DNA from: Candidatus Latescibacterota bacterium
Lineage (GTDB): Bacteria; Latescibacterota; UBA2968
Reading direction: 5' to 3'
NCBI GenBank assembly: GCA_965204375.1
Contig: OZ241986.1
Location: forward strand, 1,728,001-1,792,000
Length of the DNA stretch: 64,000 nt
Under the pieces are notes generated by a model. It was not told the origin of the DNA. It saw nothing but the letters and a program-made list of their open reading frames with translations, and searched no databases. Below are positions 19,607 to 29,145 of the stretch, piece after piece. Position 1 is the first letter of the stretch; each line of letters opens with the position of its first letter. Position numbers and translations under genes: made by a program.

Positions 19607-21700
19607 ATGATATTGCGAATGCTATTAATTCTCATAATCGTCTCACCAACAGATGTCGTATCGGCAAATATCGATTCTTTGCTCATTGCAGCCTCAGATA
19701 CGACGCGTGCATTTGATGAACGCGAGTCGCTGTTAAAAGAGGCTACAAAAAGCGACCCAGCGGGACGTGCTGCCCACGCGCTGGGTGAATTGTATATGTT
19801 GCAGGGCAAAAGTCATGTACACAGTGCCGAGCGATGGTTGAAAAGGGCGATGCAAAAACAACCCAACAATGGGAATATCTTGACCTCGCTGGCCGAGTAT
19901 TACTGGCGCATCGGGCGGCGAACAACCGCAATCGTATATGCCAAACGGGGGATTGAACGCGATCCCGACAATGTGGGGCCATTGTATTGGGCGGCGCGCT
20001 TTGAGATGTGGAACATGACCCGGTATCTCGATGGCGAGCGCAGAATTGTGAATTATGGTTCGGATTTCAATAGATACAGGAGAACCGTCAGAACATTGAG
20101 TTTGGAAAATTACGGCATTGAAGCGCGCGATGCGGCTATTGGATATTTAACGCTTGCAATTGACAAAGATCCCGACCACTGGCCCTCACACCACTTATTG
20201 GGGCTGGTCTATTACGAAGGTCGAATGGCTCGTGAATTGATTCCCCTATTTGAAAATTATGTGCAACGGCATCCCGACAATGCCCATGCACATTTTTTTG
20301 TTGGATTGGGTTATCAAGCTGAGGATCGATTGCAGGATGCGTATGCATCTTATACCACGGGACTTTCGCGCATGGCAGAAGAAGAACAACGCTTTATGAT
20401 GGGTGTGTTCGTACTCGCCGATCCCGACTCAACTACGCCAGATTACGCGGCCATTCGCAAATTCTGGACGGGACGCGATCCATTGTACTTGACCGAATAC
20501 AACGAGCGATTGCTCGAACACTGTCGGCGCGTGGCTTATGCCAATTTGCGATTTGGCGACCCCCTCAAAGGCATTCCCGGATGGACAACAGATAAAGGCC
20601 AGGTTTATATCCGCTATGGGCATCCAGTATCTCTGGTAGCGAGACCTGCGGAGTTTCACACAGGTGTGGATTTGCCAGGGTATATGCAGGATTATCTGGC
20701 CTGGCGGGCGCGATGGCAGATGATGTCACACAATTACGAGCATCGGAAGGAATTGTGGCGATACGAAGGCTTTACCATCATTTTTGAAAATACGGACACG
20801 CGCGATCACTGGAATTTCCGCCTGGGCTGGTTGGATTCTGAAATGAATCCCCTGGGCTTTAAGATGTTTGTCGAGCGCAACCCAGACCATTTTCGAGACC
20901 CGTACTGGCGCGAGCGGTACAACGCGCCACATCAGATCGCGCAGTTTCGCGGAGAAAACGACAAAGCGCGTATTGAGGTGTATTATGCCCTCGACGCCGA
21001 TGAGGTCGAAACAAAAGACCTCCGCCCCGGAATAAAAAGCGTCAACTTGCGCCAGGGCCTGTTCCTCTTTGATGCGCAATGGGATACGTTGCGTCGGGAT
21101 ATAGGTCGGGTGCAGCGCATGCCCATCGTGAAGTACGACGCACTCGGCCTGGGCTATTTGCTGGCGGGAGATCGGCTCAACTTGAAAGCTGGGCGTTATT
21201 ATCTATCGGCAGAAGTTGAGGATCGAGAAAAAAAATCTGTGGGCACATTTCGAGATACGCTCGATGTAAGACAATTTTCAAAAGAACAACTGGACGTCAG
21301 CGATTTGTTGATCGCACGGCGTATAGTTGAGCGCGAAGACCGCCCCTTTGGTCGCAATCGCTTTCTCATATTGTCAAATCCCTTGCGGCAATATGAGCAC
21401 AACGGTCAAGCCGTGGTGTATTTTGAAATTTACAACTTACAGCGCGATAATTTTGGCGCGACCCATTACAAGCTCACCTTTCAAGTGCGGGCGCTGAGCG
21501 ATGCCGGCGATGTAGAGCAGGCGGATTGGGTAACTGCCGTGTCTTATGAGCAACGCGGCAACAGAGACTGGGAGCCGTTGTTTTTAGCGCTGGCACTGGA
21601 CAAAACCATGCCTGGTCCCAAAGCACTGCGCGTGGTGGTCGAAGATTTTCAAACTCTGGAAACAGCGCGTTCTACAACGCAGTTTCGCGTGATGTGGTAG
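19607..21700 (+). CDS. Secreted TPR + GWxTD-domain protein
   Basis: Signal peptide MILRMLLILIIVS, TPR repeats, FWTGRDP...NE...H..RVAYAN, GWTTDKGQVYIRYG. Confidence 0.88.
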   Translation: MILRMLLILIIVSPTDVVSANIDSLLIAASDTTRAFDERESLLKEATKSDPAGRAAHALGELYMLQGKSHVHSAERWLKRAMQKQPNNGNILTSLAEYYWRIGRRTTAIVYAKRGIERDPDNVGPLYWAARFEMWNMTRYLDGERRIVNYGSDFNRYRRTVRTLSLENYGIEARDAAIGYLTLAIDKDPDHWPSHHLLGLVYYEGRMARELIPLFENYVQRHPDNAHAHFFVGLGYQAEDRLQDAYASYTTGLSRMAEEEQRFMMGVFVLADPDSTTPDYAAIRKFWTGRDPLYLTEYNERLLEHCRRVAYANLRFGDPLKGIPGWTTDKGQVYIRYGHPVSLVARPAEFHTGVDLPGYMQDYLAWRARWQMMSHNYEHRKELWRYEGFTIIFENTDTRDHWNFRLGWLDSEMNPLGFKMFVERNPDHFRDPYWRERYNAPHQIAQFRGENDKARIEVYYALDADEVETKDLRPGIKSVNLRQGLFLFDAQWDTLRRDIGRVQRMPIVKYDALGLGYLLAGDRLNLKAGRYYLSAEVEDREKKSVGTFRDTLDVRQFSKEQLDVSDLLIARRIVEREDRPFGRNRFLILSNPLRQYEHNGQAVVYFEIYNLQRDNFGATHYKLTFQVRALSDAGDVEQADWVTAVSYEQRGNRDWEPLFLALALDKTMPGPKALRVVVEDFQTLETARSTTQFRVMW

Positions 21701-21720
21701 CCAAAACAAGGAGACACAAT

Positions 21721-22683
21721 ATGGGCAAAGCTACGGGTATTCTTTTGGCGTTAGTCGTTTCTGTTGGCGCGGCGGAAAAGCCACAGATGTTGCGTGCCTG
21801 GGCAGAGGATCATTGGGCTGTGGTGACGGTGCGAGAAGTGACCGGAACTATTGTGGTCATCAGCTCGGCCGTGGGGCGAGAAATTGATTTTGATGAGGGC
21901 AATCAATTGGGCGTTTTTCAGGGCGTGACAGAATATACAAAGCACCACAACATACCCACGCTGACACGGCTGGTACCGGGATTTCAGTCTGCTGTATTTC
22001 TCAAATTGGCAGATGATCAATACGGCATCTGTGTCACCTTTCGCGACGAGGCCGGCACGCGCTGTCGGTTGCTACACATCCGAGATACAGAGGAACTGAA
22101 TCGCATTCGAGATTATATCCATCGGATGGCCGTTGTGCATGACGCGCCAAATTATCCATTGGTGACAGATAAAAAAGTGACTTATGAAGTAATATCACCT
22201 GTTTATCGCGCCTATGAACGGTTACAAGTGAAAATGGCACTGGCAAATGGCGAGGAAATAAAAGGTGAACTCTTACCAATGGTGGAATATGGGCAAATGC
22301 TCATCAACACGCCCCTGGGATTTCGACGGATCAAAATAGATGCAATTAATCAGATTCGCATTGCACCGCGCGGAGGCAAAAGGGTCGTAACCAGAACAAT
22401 TCGGAACGGCCTGAAGTACGGCATTTTGGGGGGGCTTACGGGATTACTCGCGGGTTGGTCTTTCGAAGGCTTATCGGCCAAAGACGACATGATTTTTGGC
22501 GCTCTATTGGGCGGAACGGTTGGGGCTTCCGTCGGATTTTTAGATGGATTGCTGTCAATTGAACGCGCCCGAACATTTCGATTTGAACGTGGTGATATCA
22601 ATAACGAGCCGAAGATCCGACTTTTGCCGCAGCAATTAAAGATACCCAAGTCAATGTTTTTTATTCTTTCTTTTTCCATTTGA
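21721..22683 (+). CDS. Exported/membrane hypothetical protein
   Basis: AGGAG RBS, signal peptide, C-terminal glycine-zipper-like helices. Confidence 0.75.
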   Translation: MGKATGILLALVVSVGAAEKPQMLRAWAEDHWAVVTVREVTGTIVVISSAVGREIDFDEGNQLGVFQGVTEYTKHHNIPTLTRLVPGFQSAVFLKLADDQYGICVTFRDEAGTRCRLLHIRDTEELNRIRDYIHRMAVVHDAPNYPLVTDKKVTYEVISPVYRAYERLQVKMALANGEEIKGELLPMVEYGQMLINTPLGFRRIKIDAINQIRIAPRGGKRVVTRTIRNGLKYGILGGLTGLLAGWSFEGLSAKDDMIFGALLGGTVGASVGFLDGLLSIERARTFRFERGDINNEPKIRLLPQQLKIPKSMFFILSFSI

Positions 22684-22782
22684 TTGTAACCCAATCTTCA
22701 CTCGCGCTTAATACGGAAGAAACAATGATACCTTATTTTTTAGCATCATTATTCCGTGTCCCGTTCAGCAAGGAGTTGGGTT

Positions 22783-23631
22783 ATGGTCAACGCCTCATCT
22801 AAACAATCAGATACCAGCCTGGAACACTATCTCAAAGAACTCTCCCATTCTCACCCCATCTCTGCAGCAGAAGAATTTGAACTCGCCGTCAAAATGAAGC
22901 GAGGTGACCTCAAAGCGCGCAATCGCCTGATCAAAGCCAACTTGCGTTTTGTAGTCAATGTAGCCCTGAAATACCGCAATCAAGGCGTAGCCCTGGCCGA
23001 CCTGATCAGCGCCGGCAATATGGGTCTTATCACAGCCACCGAACGCTTTGATGAAACGCGCGGTTTCAAATTTATCTCTTATGCCGTCTGGTGGATTCGC
23101 CAATCTATTCTACAAACGCTCGCCGAACAGGGACGTATGATCCGTTTGCCCATCAACCGTTTGGATCTGCTGCGTCGGATTAAAAATTTCAGCGACCAGT
23201 ATCAATGCAATAAAGGCCACATGCCCACAGAGGCAGAAATCGCCAATGAATTTCAAATCACCGAAGATCAGGTCAGTGATATACTGTCTCACAGCCCGAT
23301 CGTATTTTCTCTGGACAAACCGATTCACGACGAAGATGTAACCCTTATTGATTTGATGCCCGACGAAGGCCAGGTCTCGCCAGATGACGCAATGTTTCAC
23401 AATGCCCTGCGAGATGAAGTCAACGATCTGCTCCATACCCTGGATAATCGCGAAGCCGACGTTATCCGTCTCTATTTCGGCCTCGAAGGCTCCAGTTGGA
23501 CACTTCAGGCCATAGCCAACAAATATAACCTCACGCGCGAGCGCGTGCGCCAAATCAAAGAAAAAGCCCTGCGCAAATTGCGTCACCCTTCTCGGGGGCG
23601 CAAACTCATCACGTATGCAGAAGCGGGATAA
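22783..23631 (+). CDS. RpoD/SigA-family sigma70 factor lacking region 1.1
   Basis: ANLRFVVNVA, DLISAGNMGL, FISYAVWWIRQSI, TRERVRQIKEKAL. Confidence 0.95.
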   Translation: MVNASSKQSDTSLEHYLKELSHSHPISAAEEFELAVKMKRGDLKARNRLIKANLRFVVNVALKYRNQGVALADLISAGNMGLITATERFDETRGFKFISYAVWWIRQSILQTLAEQGRMIRLPINRLDLLRRIKNFSDQYQCNKGHMPTEAEIANEFQITEDQVSDILSHSPIVFSLDKPIHDEDVTLIDLMPDEGQVSPDDAMFHNALRDEVNDLLHTLDNREADVIRLYFGLEGSSWTLQAIANKYNLTRERVRQIKEKALRKLRHPSRGRKLITYAEAG

Positions 23632-23655
23632 TCCTGCTATATCCCATTAAAAATG

Positions 23656-23693
23656 AAAAGCCTCTGAAGACACGCGCTTCAGAGGCTTTTTTA
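23656..23693 (+). terminator. Rho-independent terminator
   Basis: AAAAGCCTCTGAAG-acacgcg-CTTCAGAGGCTTTT-TT. Confidence 0.88.
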
Positions 23694-23782
23694 TTTCACG
23701 CCAAAACTTGATTTGTCTGAAGTTGTTATATACATTGATGTACGTAATCTAAAAGGCAAACCGACACCTCAGGAGGAAAGCA

Positions 23783-24352
23783 ATGGACGTTTTGGAAGCT
23801 ATTCACACACGGCGCACAATTTTTAAGTTTAAACCGGGCGGTGTACCCAAAGATGTGATTGAAAAAATTTATGAAGCCGGTCTTTGGGCGCCCAATCACC
23901 ATTTGACAGAACCGTGGCGATTTGTAGTTCTGGGAGAAGAAACCAAAGAAATACTGGCACAACGCTACAGCGAAATTCAGGAGGATAAAGCGGCTGAAGG
24001 TGCGAGTGATGAGGCCAGGCGAATCTTAAAAGAAGCCGGTTATGCCAAGTTCATGTCAAAGCCCACAATTATTGCAGTGGCGTGTTTGCAAGATGGCGAT
24101 GAAATCAAGAACCGAGAAGATTATGCAGCCGCGTGTTGCGCCATGCAAAATGTACAATTGGCTGCCTGGGCAGAAGGGGTCGGCATGCAGTGGAGCACAG
24201 GGCCGATTACACTGGAAGAAAACACCTATAAATTGTTGGGTGTAGATACCGACGGTGAATACATCATCGGATTTTTCTATACCGGATATCCCGATGAAAT
24301 TCCAGAACCAAGGCGAAAACCCCTCGAAGAAGTGCTGAGCTGGACGGATTGA
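23783..24352 (+). CDS. Nitroreductase family protein (YdjA-like)
   Basis: IHTRRTI, APNHHLTEPWRF, QNVQLAAWAEGVG. Confidence 0.92.
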   Translation: MDVLEAIHTRRTIFKFKPGGVPKDVIEKIYEAGLWAPNHHLTEPWRFVVLGEETKEILAQRYSEIQEDKAAEGASDEARRILKEAGYAKFMSKPTIIAVACLQDGDEIKNREDYAAACCAMQNVQLAAWAEGVGMQWSTGPITLEENTYKLLGVDTDGEYIIGFFYTGYPDEIPEPRRKPLEEVLSWTD

Positions 24353-25167
24353 TTCCACTAACCATGAATGGTTTTGAATTTTTTGTCCTGTATCGCCTCC
24401 CCTATCTCGCATTGCCTTTCTATTTCATCATGTTGGGCGTGCGAATATGGGTGTGGATGCGGTTTTACAATCCAGCACTCAAGCTATTGCCACGAGCCAG
24501 AGGATCTGTATATGGCGTGTGGAAGCAGCAGTACCGCCCAACCATTCATATTTTTCCCGGACCGCGCTCACAAAGTACAGAATGGAAGCGCGCGATCAAA
24601 GGCTTTGTTTTTTTTACCGGTCTCTATAAGCGCGATAAAGTGCTGTGGCTGGGGTCCTGGTCGCTCCATTTGGGGCTGCTCCTGATAATTGTTGCCCATG
24701 TTCGCGTGATTTTGCCGCTCGACCTGGGCCCAATCTGTTTGCACATCGCATTGATTGGCAGTGGATTGATGACTGTGTCGGGTACTTATTTGTTGCTGCG
24801 CAGGATAATCGTTCAGCGCGTGCGAGAGATTACGGACTTTCGGGACTATCTGGCGGAGTTCATCCTCCTGTCTTTTTCTGCGACAGCAATTCTCGTCGTG
24901 TTAGACGGTGGCGTGTCATCCGAAGCCTTGCGCCACTATGTGTCTGGCCTATTGACGGGCACAGCAGCAGTTATTGAAGTACCACACATTTTTGTGTGGC
25001 ACATGCTCGCTGTACAGCTCTTGTTGATTGTGATCCCATTTTCCCATCTATTGCATCTGGGCGGGATTTTTTTGAGCCGCGAATTTCTGGGCACATCCGA
25101 TACATTTGCGGGGGAATTTGGATCAGGATTTTCAGGATTAAAGGATGAACAGGATAAAAAACCATAG
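24349..25167 (+). CDS. NarI/DsrM-like membrane b-type cytochrome
   Basis: Multiple TM helices; His pairs SLHLG...AHVR and WHML...PFSHLLH; LLRRI...VREIT...DY. Confidence 0.8.
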   Translation: MIPLTMNGFEFFVLYRLPYLALPFYFIMLGVRIWVWMRFYNPALKLLPRARGSVYGVWKQQYRPTIHIFPGPRSQSTEWKRAIKGFVFFTGLYKRDKVLWLGSWSLHLGLLLIIVAHVRVILPLDLGPICLHIALIGSGLMTVSGTYLLLRRIIVQRVREITDFRDYLAEFILLSFSATAILVVLDGGVSSEALRHYVSGLLTGTAAVIEVPHIFVWHMLAVQLLLIVIPFSHLLHLGGIFLSREFLGTSDTFAGEFGSGFSGLKDEQDKKP

Positions 25168-25225
25168 AACCAGGATGGAAGGATTAAAGGATGAACAGGA
25201 TAAAAACCACTAACCACTAACCGCT
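25118..25225. repeat. Nonamer-type repeat element with a 27-bp direct repeat
   Basis: aggattaaaggatgaacaggataaaaa at 25134-25160 and 25180-25206; related element in reverse orientation at 46441-46506. Confidence 0.8.
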
Positions 25226-26592
25226 TGAGAATCAGAAAATTGGAAAAGCCAGATAAAACAGAACGAGAAAAAAAATACATTCCATCGGGCCTGGCGGGCA
25301 CATATATGCGACGCATTGCCGAATCGGATCCGTTTGTTCGCGAGATCCAGGATGAACCGTCGGCATTGCGTTTGTACATGGATACGTGTACCAAATGCGG
25401 GGTATGCGCGCAGGAATGTCCGGTGTATTACGGGCAGCCCGATAAGCGTATGCATCCGGTGGAACGCTCTCGGCAAGTGATTCGTTTATACAAAAAGTAC
25501 ACGACATTTTGGGGACGATTTTGGAATGCCATTTTTCCAAAGCCCGATTTTGAAAATAACGATGCCGAGCTATTTGCCGAGCGTATGTACGAGTGTTTGA
25601 CGTGTCGGCGGTGTGCGGCATTTTGTCCTGTGGGAATCGATCATTCGGTGATCTCGCGCGTTGGACGTTCGCTTGTCGATTTAATGGGTTTGACGCCCCC
25701 ATCCCTTGCGCAGGGTACGCACAATTCATTTGAAACGGGCAATTTGGAAGGCGCGTCAGCCGAGGCATTTTTGGATGCGATTCAATTTATCGAAGAAGAA
25801 CTCAAAGAAGAAACAGGACGGGATATTTCAATTCCCTTAGACCGCGAAGGCGCGGAAATTTTCTTTTTACCACCATCGGGTGATGTGCTGGTATATGCTG
25901 AAAATTTAATGGGCATGGCGAAAATTTTTCACGCCATCGGCGCCGATTGGACGATGAGTTCGCGGGCATTTGACGGATCGAATTTCGGATTTACGACCGG
26001 CAATAATTTCTCAATGAAGTACGAGAACAAGCACTATATCGACGCATGCGAAAAATTGGGATGTAAACTCATGGTAATGGGTGAATGCGGGCATGCGTAT
26101 CGGGTGATGAAGTTTATGGCCAGCGAAGGACGCTGGTGGGGTGCATTGCCCTTTGAGATTACCAGTGGGTTTGAATATACGGCACAACTTATTCGCACGG
26201 GCAAACTAAAATTGGACCCCGGCAAAAACCCAGATGTCGTAACCTATCACGACGCCTGCCAATTTGCTGCCGGATGTGGGATTGTTGAAGAACCCAGAGA
26301 AATTTTGAAAGCGGCCTGTGCCGATTACCGCGAAATGCCCGATGGCGGGTACACGCAGTGGTGTTGCGGTGGTGGCGGCGGGTTGTCGGCACTGCGCTCG
26401 GTGCGCGCGTTTCGGATGGAGGTCTCGGGCAAAAAGAAAGCAGAGCAAATGCGCGAGACCGATGCGAAGATCGTATCAACTTCGTGTTTGCAGTGCCGCA
26501 CACAACTCAAAGAAATTGCGCGCCATCACAAAATGCCACTAAAAATTACCGGTGTACACGAAATGATAAACAATGCGATTATACTGGAATAA
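25225..26592 (+). CDS. DsrK/HdrD-like Fe-S CCG-domain oxidoreductase
   Basis: CTKCGVCAQECP, CLTCRRCAAFCP, GECGH, YHDAC...CCGGGGG...SCLQC; start uncertain. Confidence 0.88.
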   Translation: MRIRKLEKPDKTEREKKYIPSGLAGTYMRRIAESDPFVREIQDEPSALRLYMDTCTKCGVCAQECPVYYGQPDKRMHPVERSRQVIRLYKKYTTFWGRFWNAIFPKPDFENNDAELFAERMYECLTCRRCAAFCPVGIDHSVISRVGRSLVDLMGLTPPSLAQGTHNSFETGNLEGASAEAFLDAIQFIEEELKEETGRDISIPLDREGAEIFFLPPSGDVLVYAENLMGMAKIFHAIGADWTMSSRAFDGSNFGFTTGNNFSMKYENKHYIDACEKLGCKLMVMGECGHAYRVMKFMASEGRWWGALPFEITSGFEYTAQLIRTGKLKLDPGKNPDVVTYHDACQFAAGCGIVEEPREILKAACADYREMPDGGYTQWCCGGGGGLSALRSVRAFRMEVSGKKKAEQMRETDAKIVSTSCLQCRTQLKEIARHHKMPLKITGVHEMINNAIILE

Positions 26593-26648
26593 AGGAGAGA
26601 CGTGTAAGGGCCATCCAATCCCCAGCCCCAGTCTCCAGCCCCTTTTTT

Positions 26649-27827
26649 ATGTCTGATTTAATTTATATGGACAACGCGGCGACTACGTTTCCAAAGCCCC
26701 CTGATGTGCTGGAAGACGCGCTGGCATTTTATCGCAAATACGGGGTAAATCCCGGGCGCAGTGGCACAGATCTGGCGCAAGAAGCTGAAGCCATGGTAGC
26801 AGAGACGCGTGCATCGCTCGCGTCGTTTTTTGGTGCTATGGGCACTCCCGACCAGCTTGTGTTTACACACAATGCCTCGGATGCATTGAATATTGCGATT
26901 CAGGGCACGTTGAAATCCGGCGATCACGTAATTACAACGCTTCTGGATCACAATTCGGTTTTGCGCCCGATTTACCATCTCTCAAAATATGAAGGAATTG
27001 AAGCGACTTATGTGAGCTTTGGAACAGATGGCTTTATCGCCCCCGAGGATATTGATAGGGCGATCAGACCAAACACAAAACTTGTCGTGATGACCCATGC
27101 ATCCAATGTACTGGGCACTGTGCAACCCGTAGCAGCGGTGGGCGCAATTTGCCGCGCACGCGGTGTAATTTTCTGTGTTGATGTGGCGCAAACAGCGGGC
27201 ATGTTGCCTATTGATATGGAGGCGATGCGAGCCGATATTCTGTGTTTTACTGGACACAAGTCACTCATGGGACCAACGGGTACTGGTGGGATGTACGTGC
27301 GCGAAGGCGTGACAATTGCACCGTTGCGATACGGTGGGACGGGTGTGCGGTCAGAGTATCCCGATCACCTGAGCGAGTATCCCTGGCGGTTGGAGTGTGG
27401 CACGGGCAATCTGATGGGCATTGCAGGCCTGTTGTACGCGCAGAAATGGATGCAACGCGAAGGCGTGGAAAATATTCATGCACGCGAGATGGCGTTGTTC
27501 AAACAACTCGTCAATGGCCTGCGCGAAGTCGATGGGACCATTTTGTACTGCGCTGAAAATCACGATCAACACGTACCGGTATTGTCGGTTAATATCAAAG
27601 GGATGACGGCAAACAATGTGGGTACATTGCTGGATGTGAAGTTCAATGTGGCAACGCGCACGGGATTGCAATGCGCGCCAAAGGTACATGAAACCCTGGG
27701 CACGAAAGCGATGAAGGGCACTGTGCGACTTTCGCTGGGTCCCTTCAATACCGAAGCGCATATTGAAACTGTGATCGAAGGCCTGAGCGATATATCCAAA
27801 CGACATGGGCGAAGCGGTGATTGCTAA
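26649..27827 (+). CDS. Cysteine desulfurase family protein (class V PLP enzyme)
   Basis: IYMDNAATTFPKP, HNSVLRP, FTGHKSLMGP (PLP Lys), RTGLQCAP (catalytic Cys). Confidence 0.92.
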   Translation: MSDLIYMDNAATTFPKPPDVLEDALAFYRKYGVNPGRSGTDLAQEAEAMVAETRASLASFFGAMGTPDQLVFTHNASDALNIAIQGTLKSGDHVITTLLDHNSVLRPIYHLSKYEGIEATYVSFGTDGFIAPEDIDRAIRPNTKLVVMTHASNVLGTVQPVAAVGAICRARGVIFCVDVAQTAGMLPIDMEAMRADILCFTGHKSLMGPTGTGGMYVREGVTIAPLRYGGTGVRSEYPDHLSEYPWRLECGTGNLMGIAGLLYAQKWMQREGVENIHAREMALFKQLVNGLREVDGTILYCAENHDQHVPVLSVNIKGMTANNVGTLLDVKFNVATRTGLQCAPKVHETLGTKAMKGTVRLSLGPFNTEAHIETVIEGLSDISKRHGRSGDC

Positions 27828-27842
27828 AAGGTCAGGTGCGGA

Positions 27843-28166
27843 ATGGCGTATGAGATTGTGACGCTGGGTGGCAAAGAAATTGAGGTGGATGAAGATGGAT
27901 TTATCCAGCAACCCGAGCTTTGGGACGAAGATGTAGCGCGCGATCTGGCCCAACAAGATGGCATTGAGGAGATGACCGCAGATCACTGGCAGGTAGTATA
28001 TTACATCCGCAATTACTGGTTGAAATTTGAAATCGCCCCATTGATCCGTCGTTTATGCAAAGAGACAGAGAAAGATATCGATACAATTTACGATCTGTTT
28101 ACGGCAGGTCCCGCAGATGGCGCGTGTAAAATCGCGGGCTTGCCAACGCCTACGGGGTGTACGTGA
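27843..28166 (+). CDS. DsrC/TusE-family sulfur carrier with both C-terminal cysteines
   Basis: VDEDGF...W, HWQVVYYIR, LFTAGP, ACKIAGLPTPTGCT (CX10C). Confidence 0.93.
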   Translation: MAYEIVTLGGKEIEVDEDGFIQQPELWDEDVARDLAQQDGIEEMTADHWQVVYYIRNYWLKFEIAPLIRRLCKETEKDIDTIYDLFTAGPADGACKIAGLPTPTGCT

Positions 28167-28172
28167 CCAACT

Positions 28173-29069
28173 CTACCCCGTACGCGCTTGAATATTCGAC
28201 ATATCTTCGATAACCGTGAGCAAACCCGAATGGTCAAGCTCTCCGCGGCCTTTGACCATTGCGGTCTTGAAAAGCTCAAAGACCTCGCTGGTAACGGGCA
28301 ATGGCACACCAAAATCATTGCTCGTTTTCTGGATAATATTGAGATCTTTGTAGTGCAGGCGAATGCGAAAGCCGGGATCAAAATCGCCGTTGACCATGCG
28401 CTCGCCCCTGTTCTCAAGAACCCCACAGCGGGCGAGGCCCCCGCTGAGCACCTGAACGATTTTGATTGGATCAACGCCCGCTTTGGTGCCCATTGTGAGG
28501 GCTTCTGATACGCCGGCAATGGTGACAGCAACGAGAATCTGGTTGCACGCTTTCACGGTTTGCCCCGCACCGAGAGGTCCACACAAAATCGCACTTTGGC
28601 CCATAACGTCAAAGAGCGGTTTGACCGTGTTGAACGTATCTTCATCGCCGCCAACCATAATGGAAAGAGTGGCGTTTTGAGCACCTATGTCACCGCCGCT
28701 GACAGGTGCATCCAGGCTTTTAACGCCTTTTTCCGCAAGCACCTCCCCCACCTGCGTGGTGACACTGGGCGCAATCGTACTCATATCGACGAATGTCAGC
28801 CCCTCATGCGCACCTTCAATAATGCCGCCCTCGCCCAAAGCAACACTTTCAACATCGGGCGAATCGGGCAACATAGTGATAACAATATCGCTTTGTTCCG
28901 CCACCTCTTTGCCAGAGTACGCTTCTATAGCCCCTTTGCCCACGAGTTCATCAACCGCATCTCGATTGCGATTGTGTACGACGAGTTCATATCCAGCATC
29001 TATCAAATGACCGGCCATCGGCTTGCCCATGATCCCGAGACCGATAAACCCAATTTTTGGCTTCGACAT
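28173..29069 (-). CDS. 2-hydroxy-3-oxopropionate reductase / beta-hydroxyacid dehydrogenase
   Basis: GFIGLGIMGKPMA, DAPVSGG, KACNQ, PGFRIRLHYKDL. Confidence 0.93.
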   Translation of the reverse strand: MSKPKIGFIGLGIMGKPMAGHLIDAGYELVVHNRNRDAVDELVGKGAIEAYSGKEVAEQSDIVITMLPDSPDVESVALGEGGIIEGAHEGLTFVDMSTIAPSVTTQVGEVLAEKGVKSLDAPVSGGDIGAQNATLSIMVGGDEDTFNTVKPLFDVMGQSAILCGPLGAGQTVKACNQILVAVTIAGVSEALTMGTKAGVDPIKIVQVLSGGLARCGVLENRGERMVNGDFDPGFRIRLHYKDLNIIQKTSNDFGVPLPVTSEVFELFKTAMVKGRGELDHSGLLTVIEDMSNIQARTG

Positions 29070-29145
29070 ATATTAAATCCCTTTCAATAGATAGTTTGCT
29101 CTTATCCTGCGGTCTGCGATAAATATAATCGCTTTTAAAGATATT

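Noticed and set aside
25134-25206. Mini CRISPR array (27-bp repeat twice)
   Set aside because: Only two copies, a 19-nt spacer containing the same motif, and no cas genes
26358-26648. Extended start or fusion of the cysteine desulfurase with DsrK
   Set aside because: Different frame overlapping the DsrK-like gene; the family motif starts at ATG 26649
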